A DNA stretch of 64,000 bases from Chrysomallon squamiferum (taxonomy: Eukaryota; Animalia; Mollusca), in contig CM022670.1 of assembly GCA_012295275.1 (NCBI GenBank), positions 39,246,001 through 39,310,000 of the forward strand, given 5' to 3'. The notes beneath the pieces are model-generated. The model worked only from the letters and a program-made list of their open reading frames with translations, had not been told where the DNA came from and did not search any database. Shown one piece after another: positions 60,677 through 64,000 of the stretch. Within the stretch, counting starts at the first letter, position 1; each line of letters begins with the position of its first letter. A program made the translations under genes and the position numbers.

Positions 60677-62466
60677 TTATTATTATTATTATTAAAAGAA
60701 TGCTTTTTTATGGAATTTCCAAAATAATTAAGGCTCGGAATAAATACTTAATTTCAATAATAAAAATAACAATATCAACAACAACAGTAGCAATAACAAT
60801 AATGTTTCATGTCTAAAACTTTTTTTTTTTTTTTTTTTTTTCTTTTCTAAAAATAAACATGCAGAAATCAGAGTTAATATGTTAATTATTTAATCAGTCC
60901 ACTTTAATCATGTGACCTCCCGCAGACGAACAACACTGATGGCTTTGTTTTGTTGTCTGGAACGCTGGGTCATCAGCCGTTGGTAAAGAAACCAGGGCAT
61001 CGCGACCTCTACCTACCGAATTCAGAGACTTTACTCGCACCAAGTTCATGTTGCAACTGTATCGGACAGATAATATTATAGCTGTCTGAAGTAGCATGTC
61101 TCTGCAGTTTTTCTAATTTATTACATTATTTATTTATTTATTTATTTATTTATGTATTTAGTTTTGTATTTATTTAGTTAGTGCTACTGCTATTGTTATT
61201 TTTAATGGTTGTTATTTTTTTTTTTATTTTTATTTTTTTTTTTTTAATGGTTGTTAATTTTTTATTATTTAATTTTTAATTTTAATATGTATGTTTCGTA
61301 GGTATTTATTTATTTATATATTTATAACAATAACAACAATAATAATAATAATAATTATTATTATTATATACTTTTAATCTGACGTTGTATTGTTATTCTG
61401 CAAGCTGAATATGTAGATGGCAATAACAACAGCTGTACTGGAGATGGACATCTTGGACTGGTTCCTAAATCAGTAACTACGGAGGCAATAAAAGCGTTTT
61501 GTTTAAACGGGCGATAAAATCGTCAGAACTTGGCCAGCCGACAGCGAACCGCTAATTAATCGCTTCTCCTAGTATTTCATAATTTTGCTAAGTTTTCACT
61601 GGTCGCTAGACAGGTTCGCGTATTTCATTTTATCTTAACCCACAATGTAAAACTCCTTTACGGTCATTCATCTCAACGAAAGTTAACTATAATCGTCTTT
61701 CCGTATTTAAAAATAAATATAACCAAGGCATTGTATGATGTCTGTTTTTAATCCGACAAATGTCCTCAGTTGCTAGGGAAACACGGGGAGGGACTCGTTC
61801 GATTGACGAACTGTTCGGGTTTACTTTCGTAAGACAAATCTTTTAAAACAAACGGTCAGAGAACTTTGAAACACTTCCTTTTATTTAAGTATTCAAGCTC
61901 AGGTTAAATGGTCAAAATAAATAACAAGAAGGAATATGTTTTAAAGAATATCTTTCATTTCCGTTTTAAACGTTATATAATGTTTCTAACTACGAACAAA
62001 CTCATATTATTTGCTTTAATATTTTTTGCGTAAACAGTTTATTTTTTTCATCATTTATTTTACAACAGTTACATTTTATAAATTATTAAGAGTATTTCAA
62101 GGAAATAGTTTTATTATTATATCATTACTTTCTTTAAATATTATCGATAAGATCGCATGTTTAGATTTATCTTCCCTATATAATTCGAATCTGCTTACTA
62201 TTCGTTCATTTGTTATGATCATTTGAATTACCTTTACAATTCTGGAACAAAATCCAGATGTATTAACAGAGCTGCTCATTATTTCGGTTTGTGTTAATCA
62301 TGTTACGAAATACCGACTTCATATTTGGGCCAATAGGTTAGTTTTTAATCGTCTTACTGCTACACAGACAAATAATGATGTCTCATTATTTTAAATTTCT
62401 CGAAGAACTCGGCATACTGTAATTATGTTATCCGCCAACTATGCATATCCAGATGACGGAAATAAC
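56800..62466 (-). repeat. Right arm of the large inverted duplication (with arm-specific segments ~58105-58390 and ~59500-61635)
   Basis: Collinear reverse-complement similarity to 48997-52765, including the (GA)n/(CT)n tract and the degenerate (GTA)n/(TAC)n tract. Confidence 0.95.
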
Positions 62467-63212
62467 CGAGGTTTGTAGACTCGACTCCACCATCACCCCT
62501 ACCTAACTCGCATCCTACAAAACGTACAGTGGCGCTTTTCTAAACAATGAAGTTTTTACAGTCCCATGTCCGCGGATCCTAGGCAATTTAATGTGTAAAA
62601 GAAAATAAACATAATCCGATGATTTAATTTCTAGAATATATATATATATATATATATAGGCATGGACGAAACCAGACTCTTTTTGAAATAAGGCAAACAC
62701 ACTTAAAATATGGCCGTTTGAAGATCCCAGAAGGTCCGACTTGAAATAATAGAGATTTATATATTATATTTCTGAAATAAAATCTTTGTATTAAAGTATA
62801 TATATATAAAATAAAAAAATAAAAATAAAAATCGTTAATTTGCCTCACTTGCCTTAATGTATGTATGTATGTATGTGCATAAATATGTCTGTTTCTATTT
62901 ATTATTACTGACAATTCAGAGAGAAACAGAGAGAAGGTTCGTTCATTTTGGCCTCTTTTCTCACCTGTTTGGAACAGATGTTGATCGAACTTTCTGGAAC
63001 CATTCCACGTGATCTACAAATACGAGGTGAACGAACCGAATCGTATTGCAGAAACGGTTATCGTTCGGCGCGCCGCGAAAGCTTTACGGATATTACCGAT
63101 CTTATTGATCGTCTGTCGTTCGGGCGTTCAACGAACCAGATTTTATGTCGGACAACTAATATCCGTATTTTATCGCATTATAACAATAAATGCTGTTATT
63201 AACCAAATATCA

Positions 63213-63282
<70 letters not shown>

Positions 63283-64000
63283 TGTTAGTCTGATTTATAA
63301 GAATAACAGGTATGCTTGAATATAGGATAGTGTTCAGCTTCTTTTCATAGTGACTTCTGAATTAAGAATACAAGTATCTGTTTACAACTATAAACATGTC
63401 TGTACGTATATATATATATAGCTGTATGCGTGTGTATGTATGTTTTTATGCATGTCCATGTGTGTTTCTGTGTGTATATATATATATATATGCGTGCGTG
63501 TGTACGTGTGTGTGTGTGTGTGGACATTTTGCACAGTTTAAATATGCGACAACTCACTGATTCAAAACGACAGTGTTGTATCAGACAGCGCTGTCTCAGA
63601 AATGAAATATACAGCAAGTTTTCCTGCTACATCATCCAGCCTTTAAACGGGAATCCATATTTTACTATTTACTAACATTTTGAGAATATAATACTCTACA
63701 ACCTTTTTATTATACAACGCCATGGACCCAAGTTCGACTTAAATACATTCAGCGAGTATCAGATATACAGGAAAGAGATAATGTGAACATGGGTGCGTAG
63801 AGGTAGGTTAAATATAAACAAGAATTTTTTTTATCGCGTCAGCGAAATACCTCTTATTACTTGACCGTGAGAAGAAACATGTGTATCCCACTATGAAGAA
63901 TGCATATACATTGTCTTTGGAAAATTTTGGTTTTCACCACTGGAAAAGAGTTCAAGAATTAGTTCTTGGGAATATAGTCATATGTCAGATAACTTACTAA

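Overview
AT-rich, microsatellite-dense metazoan genomic DNA with spliceosomal introns. An invertebrate, most plausibly a gastropod mollusc, is inferred from repeat style only. Three genes can be reconstructed by hand. (1) An intronless 974-aa ORF (563-3487, -) has a long low-complexity/RS-like N-terminal part and two tandem C-terminal copies of a domain I recognise as resembling the Gag/ORF1 (LAP2alpha-like) domain of DIRS1 retrotransposons, with no other transposon parts nearby; it is a candidate domesticated, domain-duplicated gag gene. (2) An 18-exon CHERP orthologue (CDS 8428-28204, -, ~894 aa) has a probable GC-AG / tandem GYNGYN donor. (3) An MNK/MKNK eIF4E kinase (CDS to 34233, +) lies head-to-head with CHERP and has two alternative first exons, both with uORFs. 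The remaining ~26 kb has no credible coding region. It is CpG-retaining, is scattered with perfect HSE, CRE and E-box motifs, and contains a ~13.5-kb inverted duplication (arms ~48997-52765 and ~56800-62466) with an internal re-inverted ~90-bp segment. All alignments and family assignments were made by eye; no searches were run.
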